From: an uncultured delta proteobacterium
GTDB taxonomy: Bacteria; Desulfobacterota; Binatia; UBA9968
DNA: 64,000 nucleotides
Reading direction: 5' to 3'
Assembly: GCA_963840855.1 (NCBI GenBank)
Contig: CAWJBB010000040.1
Coordinates: forward strand, 96,001 to 160,000
Below are positions 49,102 through 58,549 of the stretch, in pieces. The notes beneath the pieces were generated by a model. It worked only from the letters and a program-made list of their open reading frames with translations. It was not told where the DNA came from and made no database searches. The stretch's first letter is position 1. Every line of letters begins with the position of its first letter. Both the position numbers and the translations under genes were made by a program.

Positions 49102-50955
49102 CTAACGCAGCTTGATTGGGGCCTGCAATACCCACTCCCCGTTTCCACGGCGCACTTCCAGCCACAACACTTGCGACCGCGATGGCTGAATTTCGAAGTC
49201 GTACGTCTCGCCGACCGTGACGAGCTGGCGAGCCGGTCCGGGCGTAGTCTGCCCGGCCGGCAGCGTCGCGCCGTCCTTCGCCAGCGGTTTCCACGTCGTC
49301 TGCTCGACCCCGATCGACGAGGTGCGCCGTCAAGCCGACGTTGCTCGCGGTGATGTTGATAAGACGCAGGCGATTGGGCACGCCCACGCGCATGACGATG
49401 GGGGCCGGCGTGGCGCTGCCGTTCAGCGCAAACGGCTCCCGCTGGTTCTCTTGCGGGACGCCGTTCAGGCCAATGACGACGACGTGATCGGTCGCCGGAT
49501 CGTAGCGCTCGCCAGGCTCGAGGACGATGAGCGGCCCGTAGAGGCCGCCGCCCAGTTGCTCGTCTTTGTGCCAGTGCGTGTGATAAATGAACGTGCCCGC
49601 CCGCGGCGGCGTCGAACTTCGCGACGAAGGATTGTCCCGGGGGCGACCGGCGGTGCGAGATTGCCGGGCTTCCCACCCCAGCCGGGCACGCCATCGAAGT
49701 AGCTCTCAAGCTCGATGCCGTGCCAATGAATGGCCGTGGGCTCGGTCATTCGATTGACGAGGGTAATCTCGACGGGTTCGCCGCGCGTCAGTACGATCAC
49801 GGGGCCGGGAACGGGACCGGGATTGAGACGCGGGGCGTCTACGCCTTCCAGATCCATCCGGTAACCGCTCCGGTTGCCATAGCGATTGGCCTCCTCGCGC
49901 ATCACGAGGGAAAGTCGACGCGGCGGGCGCCCATCCGATGGCCGGATCGTGCTGGTCCCGGTCACGTGAATCCCGAGTACCAGTCCCCCCATCCCCGCCG
50001 CGCTGTCATCGGTCCGGTGACTCGGCATGGGCGCCGTCGCCCGGCGCATTCATGTGCATTTGTCATGTGGCAGTGAAACAACCAATTCCCTGGACGTCTC
50101 GGGCGTCCATGACATCACGAACGTCCGGGCGGAGCCAATGTATTCGGTGACCGCCGTACGTTGCTGCTCCGGGGCGAGCCGCCGTTCGACGCCGATATCG
50201 CCCGTGGCTTCGACCGTAAAGTAGAAGCCGTGCAGATGCATGGCGTGATTACCGTGTGACAGGTTGATGATGCGCCAACGCACCCGATCGCCGACTTCGT
50301 GATGAAGCTTCTCGGCGTACGGCCACGACAAGCCATTGATGGCGAACGCGTCGGCTCGGATTGACGTGGCGCGCTTTCGCGGGCGTGGCTCTCCGAAGAC
50401 CGAGATCACAAACACTCTGTCGGCCGGCGATCCCTCGCGCGGATCGACCACGATCGCGCCGCCAAGCTGGGTGTCGCGACGTTGCCGGGTGTTGACCAGT
50501 CCGGGTCCGCCGGTCGTGGCCCAATAGAAATAGGTGCCGGGAGCGTTCAACTCGAATCGGATCTCTTGCGACGCGCCGGGTGCGACCGACACCGGATCGC
50601 AGCTGCTCGGCCTCGTGCAGAGGCCGTTGACGCGCAGCGCCGACCCTAGCGAGTTCCGCAGCGTGAGCACGACGGTCGTTCCTTCGCGAACCCGGATGAG
50701 TGGTCCAGGCACGGAGAGATCAGCGCCTTCTTCACCGAACGCGGCGACTTCAATGGGCGCACCTTGCGGCCCGTCGGGACGCCAAGTGCCTGCATCGGCA
50801 TACAACCGTACATTCAGTACGTTTTCCTCGAGCCGGCCGGCCGGACGCATGTTGTCGTTAACGGCAACGGCGCCCGCCGCCGTCGAAGGCGCCATCGAGA
50901 CAAGCCACACCGTGCACCAGAGTAAGAAAGGGAGGAACATATAAAGTCCTGACAT
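49102..50955 (-). pseudogene. Multicopper oxidase-family protein with several frameshifts
   Basis: PGPLIRV.EG, HAMHLHG, GNWLFHCH, then PGPVIVL.RGE, AIHWHG...DGVPG, GTFIYHTHW, GETYDFE spread across frames. Confidence 0.85.
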
Positions 50956-51091
50956 TTTTGACGCCTCCTTTATTGATTGTCGCAACAAGATTCATAACTC
51001 CAAGCGAAGACTTTTCATTGATGCGGTTTCTCCCTAATCGCAGAATTACTTGATTACCTTGTCCGCGTTCACGAGGATTGCCGGCGGAATC

Positions 51092-51147
51092 GGTCGGCTG
51101 TTCCACGGGAGATTTGCCCGCTTCGCGGCTTTCAGAATTTTATCCAA
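51092..51147 (-). pseudogene. Second ABC_sub_bind C-terminal remnant
   Basis: LDKILKAAKRANL(P)VEQPT with a 1-nt deletion. Confidence 0.6.
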
Positions 51148-51331
51148 GGAAATGGCTGATTTGTTTTCAGCCTTACGGCTAGATTTCGATCTCGGATTCC
51201 TTGATCTTCAATTTACCAAGGAACGAAATCGCAAAGTCCGTAATCGTCAGACTGAACTCACGACGAAGTCTAAAATTCGGCCAAGTTTCAAAGAAGGATG
51301 CTCAGTAATGGAGCCAAAACCATGCCGACAT

Positions 51332-51763
51332 TCAGGCGACGACCATCTTGGAGCAGGCACTTTTGAGATCGTGGAGCTTGTTGAAATAGTTAACGCTTGC
51401 CTGCTTTACGTTTTCGTCCCATTCTTCATGCGTGAGTTCCCGCAGATTTGAAGAGTTATTCAACTGTCTGAAATAACGTTCCTCCCAACCTTCTTCTTTC
51501 CCCCGGTAACGCTTTATGAAATAGAAAAACCCCTCCGGTTGAATCCGCGCTACCTCCAGAACGTAGCCGCCTTGTTTGTAGTAGGTGCTGTACGAAACTT
51601 TCCCGGTATCGCACATTCCTTGAAAGACAATCCGTGCCTCTCTTTCATAATCGGGAAGAATCGGATGAGGTCGTTCCATCGCTTCTTCTTGCGCGCTTAC
51701 TATCCAAGCGCAAAGAAGCACGACGACGATCACGAATAGAAAGTAATTAGGCTTCATACCCAT
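51332..51763 (-). CDS. Hypothetical secreted protein
   Basis: GGAGG RBS, signal peptide, open frame. Confidence 0.6.
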   Translation of the reverse strand: MGMKPNYFLFVIVVVLLCAWIVSAQEEAMERPHPILPDYEREARIVFQGMCDTGKVSYSTYYKQGGYVLEVARIQPEGFFYFIKRYRGKEEGWEERYFRQLNNSSNLRELTHEEWDENVKQASVNYFNKLHDLKSACSKMVVA

Positions 51764-51995
51764 GCCTCCCGTGGCCCTTCTTCAAAATGGTTCACATAAA
51801 TAACCCCAAGTATGAGACATGACGATACAATGGCCAATTGCCTTTGCTACGGAAGGCTGGACGCATTCCGGCCGCCGCACGAGGAGTCGTGAGGGCTTGA
51901 ATGTTCTTCCAGGGACACGGAGTTTTGCCCCGGCCAACCGGTCGAGATCCGAAAATTAGTCACTGGACGCCGTCCGCATTCAGTTTCTTTCGTTC

Positions 51996-52289
51996 TCAAC
52001 AAAAGACATACGACGTCAGCTCCACGGCGACACCGAATTGACCGATGCGCGGCTCCATCCGCACCACGCGCGCCTCGCACTGGAGGGTCTCGTCTTCGAA
52101 ATTTAGTAAAAGCCGGATCATGTCTCCGATCGCATATGCGCTCTCGGTCTCAAAGAAAATTCCCGATGTGCTGATATCGCACGTGGTGCCGATCCCATCG
52201 TTCAATTGCATAGGCAGAGCGAGCTTGTAGCGTTCTCCCTTCCGTCTCTCCTCAAAACCGCCAGCTCCTCCCACAGTGCCGCGTACCAT
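51996..52289 (-). CDS. Stand-alone PilZ-domain protein
   Basis: ERRKGER (RxxxR), DISTSG (DxSxxG), ARVVR, GVAVE. Confidence 0.88.
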   Translation of the reverse strand: MVRGTVGGAGGFEERRKGERYKLALPMQLNDGIGTTCDISTSGIFFETESAYAIGDMIRLLLNFEDETLQCEARVVRMEPRIGQFGVAVELTSYVFC

Positions 52290-52371
52290 GGCAGTGATCC
52301 CCGGTTAAAACAATTCATCGAGGGATACATTCTTCTGTGCTGTTCGATATATATCGAAAGATAGGGACTGA

Positions 52372-52645
52372 AGAATGGAGTGATGGAGCATTGGAGTGTT
52401 GGAATGCAGGACTCGGAGATTGCACCGCTGAGACGCCCTTCGTCGTCGCTCAGGACATGCTTTGCCCTTCGATCTTACTCAGGGTGGTGAGTTTGTCGAA
52501 CCACGCCTTTGCGCGAGATATTCCGAGTTTTTGGTTGCGGCGTAGCCGCGCTGAGCCTTTGCGGCGAATACTTCTTCACAGGAAACCGGACTAACCCGGA
52601 AGGTAGGGAGATGAGGGACATATGGAATGGAGTGTTGGAGTGACT
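52372..52645. repeat. Octamer TGGAGT(G/A) arrays and REP-like units upstream of the TA pair
   Basis: aatggagtgatggagcattggagtgttggaatg; ccttcgtcgtcgctcagg; ggtgagtttgtcgaacca; tggaatggagtgttggagtg. Confidence 0.65.
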
Positions 52646-52718
52646 CCCTTGTTGCAAAAGATCATTAATACGTATAGTTGACTATAGAACACGTGTCCTG
52701 AAAAGGAAGCCGCAGGAG

Positions 52719-52940
52719 ATGAAAACTAAACTGACACTTACCATCGACGAGGACCTTATTCCTCAAGCCAAGCGGTACGCCGAAGCCCGAAGGGATTCTC
52801 TGTCCGGCTTGGTGGAGAAGGCGCTGCAGGATCTCACCCAAACGCAAGAGATACCTTTTTCTAAGCGTTGGCGCGGAAAATTCAAGGCGTCTCGTCGCGC
52901 GTCAACTCGCTACAAAGCTTTGTCCCGGCGTTATTTATGA
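52719..52940 (+). CDS. RHH-type (DUF6364-like) antitoxin
   Basis: MKTKLTLTIDEDLIPQAKRYAEARRDSLSGLVE. Confidence 0.85.
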   Translation: MKTKLTLTIDEDLIPQAKRYAEARRDSLSGLVEKALQDLTQTQEIPFSKRWRGKFKASRRASTRYKALSRRYL

Positions 52941-53368
52941 TCGTGCTCGTTGATACAGATGTCTTGATTGATGTCGCGCTGGATCGCCGCCCCTTTTCAG
53001 ATCCTGCGGGACGCCTGCTGGACGCGCTGCAAGAAAGGCGCGGCGAGGGTTATGTGGCGTGGCATTCGATTTCCAACTTTTATTACATGGTGGCTCCTAA
53101 GAAGGGCTCTCCGGGAGCCAAGGACTTCATTCGCGATTTATTGCGATTCGTGGGCATCTCACCGGCAGGAACAAGAGATGTCCTCTACGCTATACACCTT
53201 CCGATGGCCGACTTTGAGGACGCGCTGCAATGTGCCGCCGCTGTCCCCTGCCACGCTGATGTTATAGCAACCCGCAACGTTCGCGACTACCGCAAATCCC
53301 CGGTTCCCGCCCGAAACCCCCAGGCCGTTCTCACGGCACTGAAGGGACAAACACAAAACGCCGAGTGA
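52937..53368 (+). CDS. PIN-domain toxin
   Basis: VLVDTDVLID, DFEDALQ, IATRNVRDY; ATGA overlap with the antitoxin. Confidence 0.9.
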   Translation: MIVLVDTDVLIDVALDRRPFSDPAGRLLDALQERRGEGYVAWHSISNFYYMVAPKKGSPGAKDFIRDLLRFVGISPAGTRDVLYAIHLPMADFEDALQCAAAVPCHADVIATRNVRDYRKSPVPARNPQAVLTALKGQTQNAE

Positions 53369-53478
53369 TAAGGTCGTGCAGACCGCCACCGCTAAGGATC
53401 TTCGACAAAAATGGCCCCTCTGCTTGACGAGGTGGTGAGTATCAACATAGTGCACAGCACTCCAGCCGGCCGGCTCTT

Positions 53479-54117
53479 CTACACGAGTCCCTTTTCCTGG
53501 GCGTAGCGGGCGAGCTTGGTGCGGCTATCGACGCCGAGCTTCTGATAGATGTTGTGGAGATGGATCTTGACGGTTCCCTCGCTGATGAAGAGTTTCTTGC
53601 CGATCTCCATATTGCGTAGCCCGGCGGCCACCTGTTTGATGATTTCGATTTCTCTCGCCGTCAGCAACTGAGCGGCCTCGTTTCTTGCAGTCTCGCGCTG
53701 GAGCAGTTTTTCCAGGGCGCTGCTCACCGAGCGCTTTTCCAGCCACAGTTCGCCCGCGTGCACTTTCCGGATGCACTGCACGAGAAGCTTCGGCGCCAAC
53801 TCCTTGAGGACGAGGCCGCGCACGCCCAGACGGACCGCCTCGGTCAGTCCTTCTTCGTCGAGCGTAGCCGTGAGAACCACGACTCGCGTAGGCAGTTGCT
53901 CTTTTCTCATCTCCCGGAGCACCACCAGGCCGTCTTTTGCCGGCATCTGAATGTCGAGCACCAAAATGTCCGGTTGGTGCCGGCGCACCGCCTTGAGGGC
54001 CTCGTCGCCATCGAGGCAGCGCGCGACGACCTTGAGATCCTTTTCCAGGCGGAACAGATTCTCCATCGCGTCGAGGATTAAGGGATGATCGTCTGCGATA
54101 ACCAAGGTGATCGGCAT
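53479..54117 (-). CDS. NarL/LuxR-family response regulator
   Basis: IADDH, LDIQMP, LTAREIE..GLRN.EI..LFISEGTVKIH. Confidence 0.95.
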   Translation of the reverse strand: MPITLVIADDHPLILDAMENLFRLEKDLKVVARCLDGDEALKAVRRHQPDILVLDIQMPAKDGLVVLREMRKEQLPTRVVVLTATLDEEGLTEAVRLGVRGLVLKELAPKLLVQCIRKVHAGELWLEKRSVSSALEKLLQRETARNEAAQLLTAREIEIIKQVAAGLRNMEIGKKLFISEGTVKIHLHNIYQKLGVDSRTKLARYAQEKGLV

Positions 54118-54118
54118 C

Positions 54119-56833
54119 TCAGACTCGAGACGATGAAAGCGGCAAGGTCACTTCAAGCCGCGCTCCGGATTCGGAGGAATCGATGTTTAGAGCCCCTCCG
54201 AGAGCAGCGACCCGGCTTTTAATTACGACGGGACCGAGCCCCATAGAGGTGAGCGCGGCGTTATCATAGTAACCGCGGAAGGGAAAGCCGCGGCCGTTGT
54301 CGGAAACGGTTACGCATGCATTGTGATCGTCGGCTTGCAGATCCACTTGCACTACTGAGGCGTGCGAATGGCGGGCCGCGTTGACCAGCCCCTCGCGGAT
54401 GATTTGATAGATTTCGCGCGCCAGTACGGCGGGTAGCTGCCCGTCAAGTCCATCCATCTTTAGCTCCACCCGCAGGTGCCATTGCTGCTCAACCGTCTTG
54501 GCCAGCTGTTGGAGGAGGTAGCCTAATTTGAAGTCTATTTCGCCCGGGACCAAGGTGGCGCGCTTCAACTCTTCAATAAAGGAGCGGAGCTCCCGCTGTT
54601 CCCGAACGATAAGATCCTGAACCCCACGCAGTTGCTCCCTAGCCACCTCAGGATCCGCTTTGAGGCCCTGGACTGCGGCCTCGAGGTTTAGGCCGGCGAC
54701 GGCGAGAGACTGGAGCACGTTATCGTGAAGGTCACGGGCGAGGCGGGTACGTTCACGGGCGGCCGCCAGTTGTTGAAACCGCTGCAGCTCAGATTCCGCT
54801 CGTTTGCGCTCGGTGATATCGCGGGCAATCGTTGCAACAGCGGTAATTTTGCCCGTTGCATCCTTCATTGGCGATAACGTGAGAGAAACGTGAACTTGAG
54901 CTCCGCCCTTCCGCACCCGAATGGTTTCGTGCTGAGCCACGGGTTCTCCCTGTTTGATCCTCTCTCGTAGCCGAGCCGGCTCATCGAGACGGTCGGGCGG
55001 AATCAGAATAGAAATGGGACGGCCCGTGGCCTCTTCGGCGGAATAACCATAGGTGATTTCTGCGCCCTTGTTCCAGCTTGTAATAACTCCTTCCAATGTT
55101 GTGCCGATGATCGCGTCATCTGAAGACTCTACGATAGCGGCTAATTGAGTGACCGCGTCCTCCGCCCGCTTACGCTCGGTAATTTCATTTTCTAAATCGG
55201 TGTTAATGGCCTGAAGTTTGGCAGTGTGGCCGGTCAGTGTAAGGAGGAAGCCGCCCAGTAGGCCGGTAAAAAAGAGCCCTCCCGCAAGGACACTCCACGC
55301 CTGCCACCCTCGTTGAGCGATCAGATACTCTTTGGTTGGAGCGAACTGAACTATCCACTGGCGTCCGGCTATATCGAAGGACACGACTCTTTGGCGCGGT
55401 GCGGGTTGAATGCCTTCGTTCTCTTCAACTGGCAGATTCCGTGACTCGAGCTGCTTTGCGCGATGCTCATAGAGCAGACGTTTTTTTTCTCCGCCGCTGG
55501 CGTCGTAGAGACGAATTTCGATGTCCTCCACCTGCGCACCTTTTAGCGCGGTATTCATCATATCGCGAATCCGAAACGCCCCGCTCACATAACCTTGCAG
55601 ATTGAGATGCCGTTCTTGCAGGCTATTCTGGGGGCGTCCGGGTTTGTAGACAGGTAGGAAAACTACAAAACCTCCTTCGCGTTCAGTATCCTGTATCAGT
55701 GTGAGCGGATCAGTGGCTGTTGGCTGCCCCGCATCTCGCGCCCGATCTAAGGCTTCGCGTCTGGTGGGATCAGACGCCGCGTCGAAACCCAAAGCTCTTC
55801 TATTTCCTCTGACCGATTCTAAATAATAGACGGGGATATATTCGGCGCGCCGCGCTGCCCGAACCAACTGCCCCTGTTGGCTCTGTTCGGTGATCTGGAA
55901 GTTACTGAGGCCATCTTCCCGGGCAGCCTGCTCGTAGTTTGCCCGCTCCGCGTCGAGTACCCTGGGACTCCACGAGACTGCGCGAATCCCCGGATGGCGC
56001 GAGAACCAGCGCGAAACGAAAGTTTTGAACTGTTGCCGGTTAATCGGAACCGAGCTCGCATAAAGATTCTCCACTGAATGTAGGATATCGATATGGGTAT
56101 GAAAATTCTCTTGTAACTGTTGGGCCAGCTGGTCCGTGCGACGCTTGAATTCCAGCTTAATTCGATCTTGTTCCCACGCGTTTGTGTAAATAAAAAATGT
56201 GACAACCAGCATAAATGCCAGACACAGCGGCAGGGAGATTTGTCTGCCGTGTGAGAATACGGCTGGTTTGGCTGCCCAGATCAGAATCAACGGAGTAAAG
56301 GTAATGACTCCAATAGCATCGCCCACCCACCAGGTCCACCAGTGGAACAAGTAGTCGACCGACTGGATAACACCGATCAACAGCAGACTCGTCACCCCCC
56401 ATGTGGCATTCACGAGGCAGCTTACCGGGCCTCCCAGAAGCAGAAATTTGATGATATCGCGCGCCTCGACAAACGCGGTCGGATATTGCGTCAAGCGACG
56501 TATCAGGAAAGACCCTACAACGGCCTGTAGCGACGCTCCCATGCCGATACTGGCCGCTAGCGCCGTGGTATTTAGAATCGACGCGGTGCTTGTGGTATCG
56601 AGAGAAGTCCGTAGATTGATTAAAAACGACCCGAGCAAAATGCCCGGCCAGACTCGGTATCCGAACAGTAGAGTACCAGCTAAAGCAACGCCGGATGCGG
56701 GCCACACAGCCGTGGCATACCCCGGGGGGATGGCCAATAAGAGACCAAGTCTACCTACAACATAGTAGGCTGCGGCCATCGCCGCCAGCTTTGCCAGTAG
56801 CTCGGGCCAATGGCGGAAAGATGTGGCTGTCAT
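54119..56833 (-). CDS. MASE1-CHASE-PAS HisKA_3 sensor histidine kinase
   Basis: VWPASG, WWVGDAIG, ALGFD, AIVESSDDAI..SWNKGAE, ERTRLARDLHD, EGLVNAARH, DNGRG. Confidence 0.93.
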   Translation of the reverse strand: MTATSFRHWPELLAKLAAMAAAYYVVGRLGLLLAIPPGYATAVWPASGVALAGTLLFGYRVWPGILLGSFLINLRTSLDTTSTASILNTTALAASIGMGASLQAVVGSFLIRRLTQYPTAFVEARDIIKFLLLGGPVSCLVNATWGVTSLLLIGVIQSVDYLFHWWTWWVGDAIGVITFTPLILIWAAKPAVFSHGRQISLPLCLAFMLVVTFFIYTNAWEQDRIKLEFKRRTDQLAQQLQENFHTHIDILHSVENLYASSVPINRQQFKTFVSRWFSRHPGIRAVSWSPRVLDAERANYEQAAREDGLSNFQITEQSQQGQLVRAARRAEYIPVYYLESVRGNRRALGFDAASDPTRREALDRARDAGQPTATDPLTLIQDTEREGGFVVFLPVYKPGRPQNSLQERHLNLQGYVSGAFRIRDMMNTALKGAQVEDIEIRLYDASGGEKKRLLYEHRAKQLESRNLPVEENEGIQPAPRQRVVSFDIAGRQWIVQFAPTKEYLIAQRGWQAWSVLAGGLFFTGLLGGFLLTLTGHTAKLQAINTDLENEITERKRAEDAVTQLAAIVESSDDAIIGTTLEGVITSWNKGAEITYGYSAEEATGRPISILIPPDRLDEPARLRERIKQGEPVAQHETIRVRKGGAQVHVSLTLSPMKDATGKITAVATIARDITERKRAESELQRFQQLAAARERTRLARDLHDNVLQSLAVAGLNLEAAVQGLKADPEVAREQLRGVQDLIVREQRELRSFIEELKRATLVPGEIDFKLGYLLQQLAKTVEQQWHLRVELKMDGLDGQLPAVLAREIYQIIREGLVNAARHSHASVVQVDLQADDHNACVTVSDNGRGFPFRGYYDNAALTSMGLGPVVIKSRVAALGGALNIDSSESGARLEVTLPLSSSRV

Positions 56834-57284
56834 CCCTGCTTTCCTGAGGTCTTACACTAATCCCTCAAAGACTTATCGTCTTGACATTCGAGGACATCCG
56901 ATTGCCCGCTGAGGCCGGTTAGAGACATCGAACCAGGATCAGGTATTGGGGTCGTCGTGCCTTGATTCTTATTCTTTGTATGTCTGGATGAAATGCTGTT
57001 CGCCTGCCGGCCAACCATATACGTCGGTAGGGACGTGCCACCTTGGAGGGTGCCACACTTCGCAGGGTGATAGGACGAAGGGATTAAATAATCGCCCATT
57101 GCTCCCATAGTAGGCTGGGAATGGCGTGTTCAGCCCCACTTTTGTTTAAATTTTTACGCTCGCACTATTGCCACAAGTGACCACTCCGTGTCAATGATCA
57201 CGCCGGTCTCCTTCTAAAATTGGGTTGGGGCGGCGCTAATGGCCGAGAGAATCGGGCTCCCGTCCTCAGCCCGACATATACCTG

Positions 57285-57507
57285 GGCAGATCCTTTCCCT
57301 CCAAAAGGAATAACTTCCATATTTTCTTCTGCCCCGCCTATCGAAATCAGAAGACTAGGAAAAGTCTTAAAAATTCGGCCGCCGCTCCAATGCCCGCAAG
57401 CTTGACGCATCCAATGCCGAAAAGTTATTGTCGATTTGATAAAAAAAGATCAACGTGACGATCAACGGACGTCTGTACGAAGAAGACGTCGAGCCGCGCC
57501 AACTGCT
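57285..57507 (+). pseudogene. Diverged duplicate of the upstream region and 5' end of the 2Fe-2S gene (60789-61015)
   Basis: ggcagatccttt...agtcttaaaaattcgg...gtgacgatcaacggacgtctgtacgaagaagacgtcgagccgcgcca. Confidence 0.85.
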
Positions 57508-57614
57508 TGTCAAATGACCAAAATCAAAAATTCAAAACCCTGCCTGTTTCAGAATTCGGCTTGGGATTGGACGCCGCACCCGTCGCGCCCGGACCCGCAC
57601 CGGCCACACCGCCC

Positions 57615-57720
57615 GTGGCGTATGCACCATCACTACGATCGAGGATCCCGGCGCGATCCGCGCGATCTTGCAGGTTCGGGGCTGGCCGCCGAGCAAAGCG
57701 CTCGGGCGTCGCCCTCAGGT
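57615..57720 (+). pseudogene. Possible C-terminal remnant of an IS91-like (Y2) transposase
   Basis: ITTIEDPGAIRAIL...GLAAE..ARASP resembles Y2 transposase tails. Confidence 0.35.
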
Positions 57721-57926
57721 GAGCCGGCTATAGCCTATGCTCGACCGATTGGCGCTTGACCCGACGCGACGGCGTCGCAGACCGAGTGCGCGCCTGTGGG
57801 GGGCCTTCTTCGGTGCGGTTGCCCGGACTGGACCACACTTGCGCCCCATGCATGACCACGCTGCTTGATAGTCGCCGGCCGCCGCCCTGGCGATCGGGCT
57901 GGGGGTCGGGGACGCGCGCCATCTAT

Positions 57927-58535
57927 TCAGCGCGGCTGATGGGCGAGATAGTGGGCCAGGGCCCGGAGATCGTCGTCGCGTACCCGGTAGAGCGCGGCGT
58001 TCATGCTGGTATCGCTGCCTGCGCGCGTGTTGTCGCGATACGCCTTCATCGCCGCGACGAGATAATCTTCGGGCTGATTGTCGAGGCGCGGCACATGCTT
58101 CTGGCCGCGGTAGTCCGGCAGATGACAGCTTCCGCAGCCCATGTCCCGGGCGATCGCTGCGCCGCGCGCGTGTAGCGTCGGATCGGGCCGGGAGGCTCCC
58201 CGCGGCGGCGTCTGGCGCGCAAAGTACGCGCAGATGTCGGCGAAGTCTCGGTCGGTGACACCCGTGAACAGCCCCGCCATCTGAGGCACGTCGCGCAGGC
58301 CCTCACGGAACAGGAACATCTGCATCTCGAGAAACAGGTATTGCTGGCCTGCGAGGTAGGGCGTGCCGGGAAGCGGCGCGCGCTCTGGCGTGCCGTGACA
58401 GCTTTCGCAGGCGGCCGCCGTGGCCGCAGCACGTGACGCATCGGCGCTCTGGGGCTGTGCGAGCGCGTCGCCCACCGAGGACAGGACGCACAGAAAAAAA
58501 AAGGCGGGGCGGATGATGTTCATTCGCCGCGCCAT
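57927..58535 (-). CDS. Di-haem cytochrome c4/c553
   Basis: CESCH and CGSCH; PYLAGQ, PRLDNQ.EDYL. Confidence 0.9.
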   Translation of the reverse strand: MARRMNIIRPAFFFLCVLSSVGDALAQPQSADASRAAATAAACESCHGTPERAPLPGTPYLAGQQYLFLEMQMFLFREGLRDVPQMAGLFTGVTDRDFADICAYFARQTPPRGASRPDPTLHARGAAIARDMGCGSCHLPDYRGQKHVPRLDNQPEDYLVAAMKAYRDNTRAGSDTSMNAALYRVRDDDLRALAHYLAHQPR

Positions 58536-58549
58536 GGCCGCCCTGCCAT

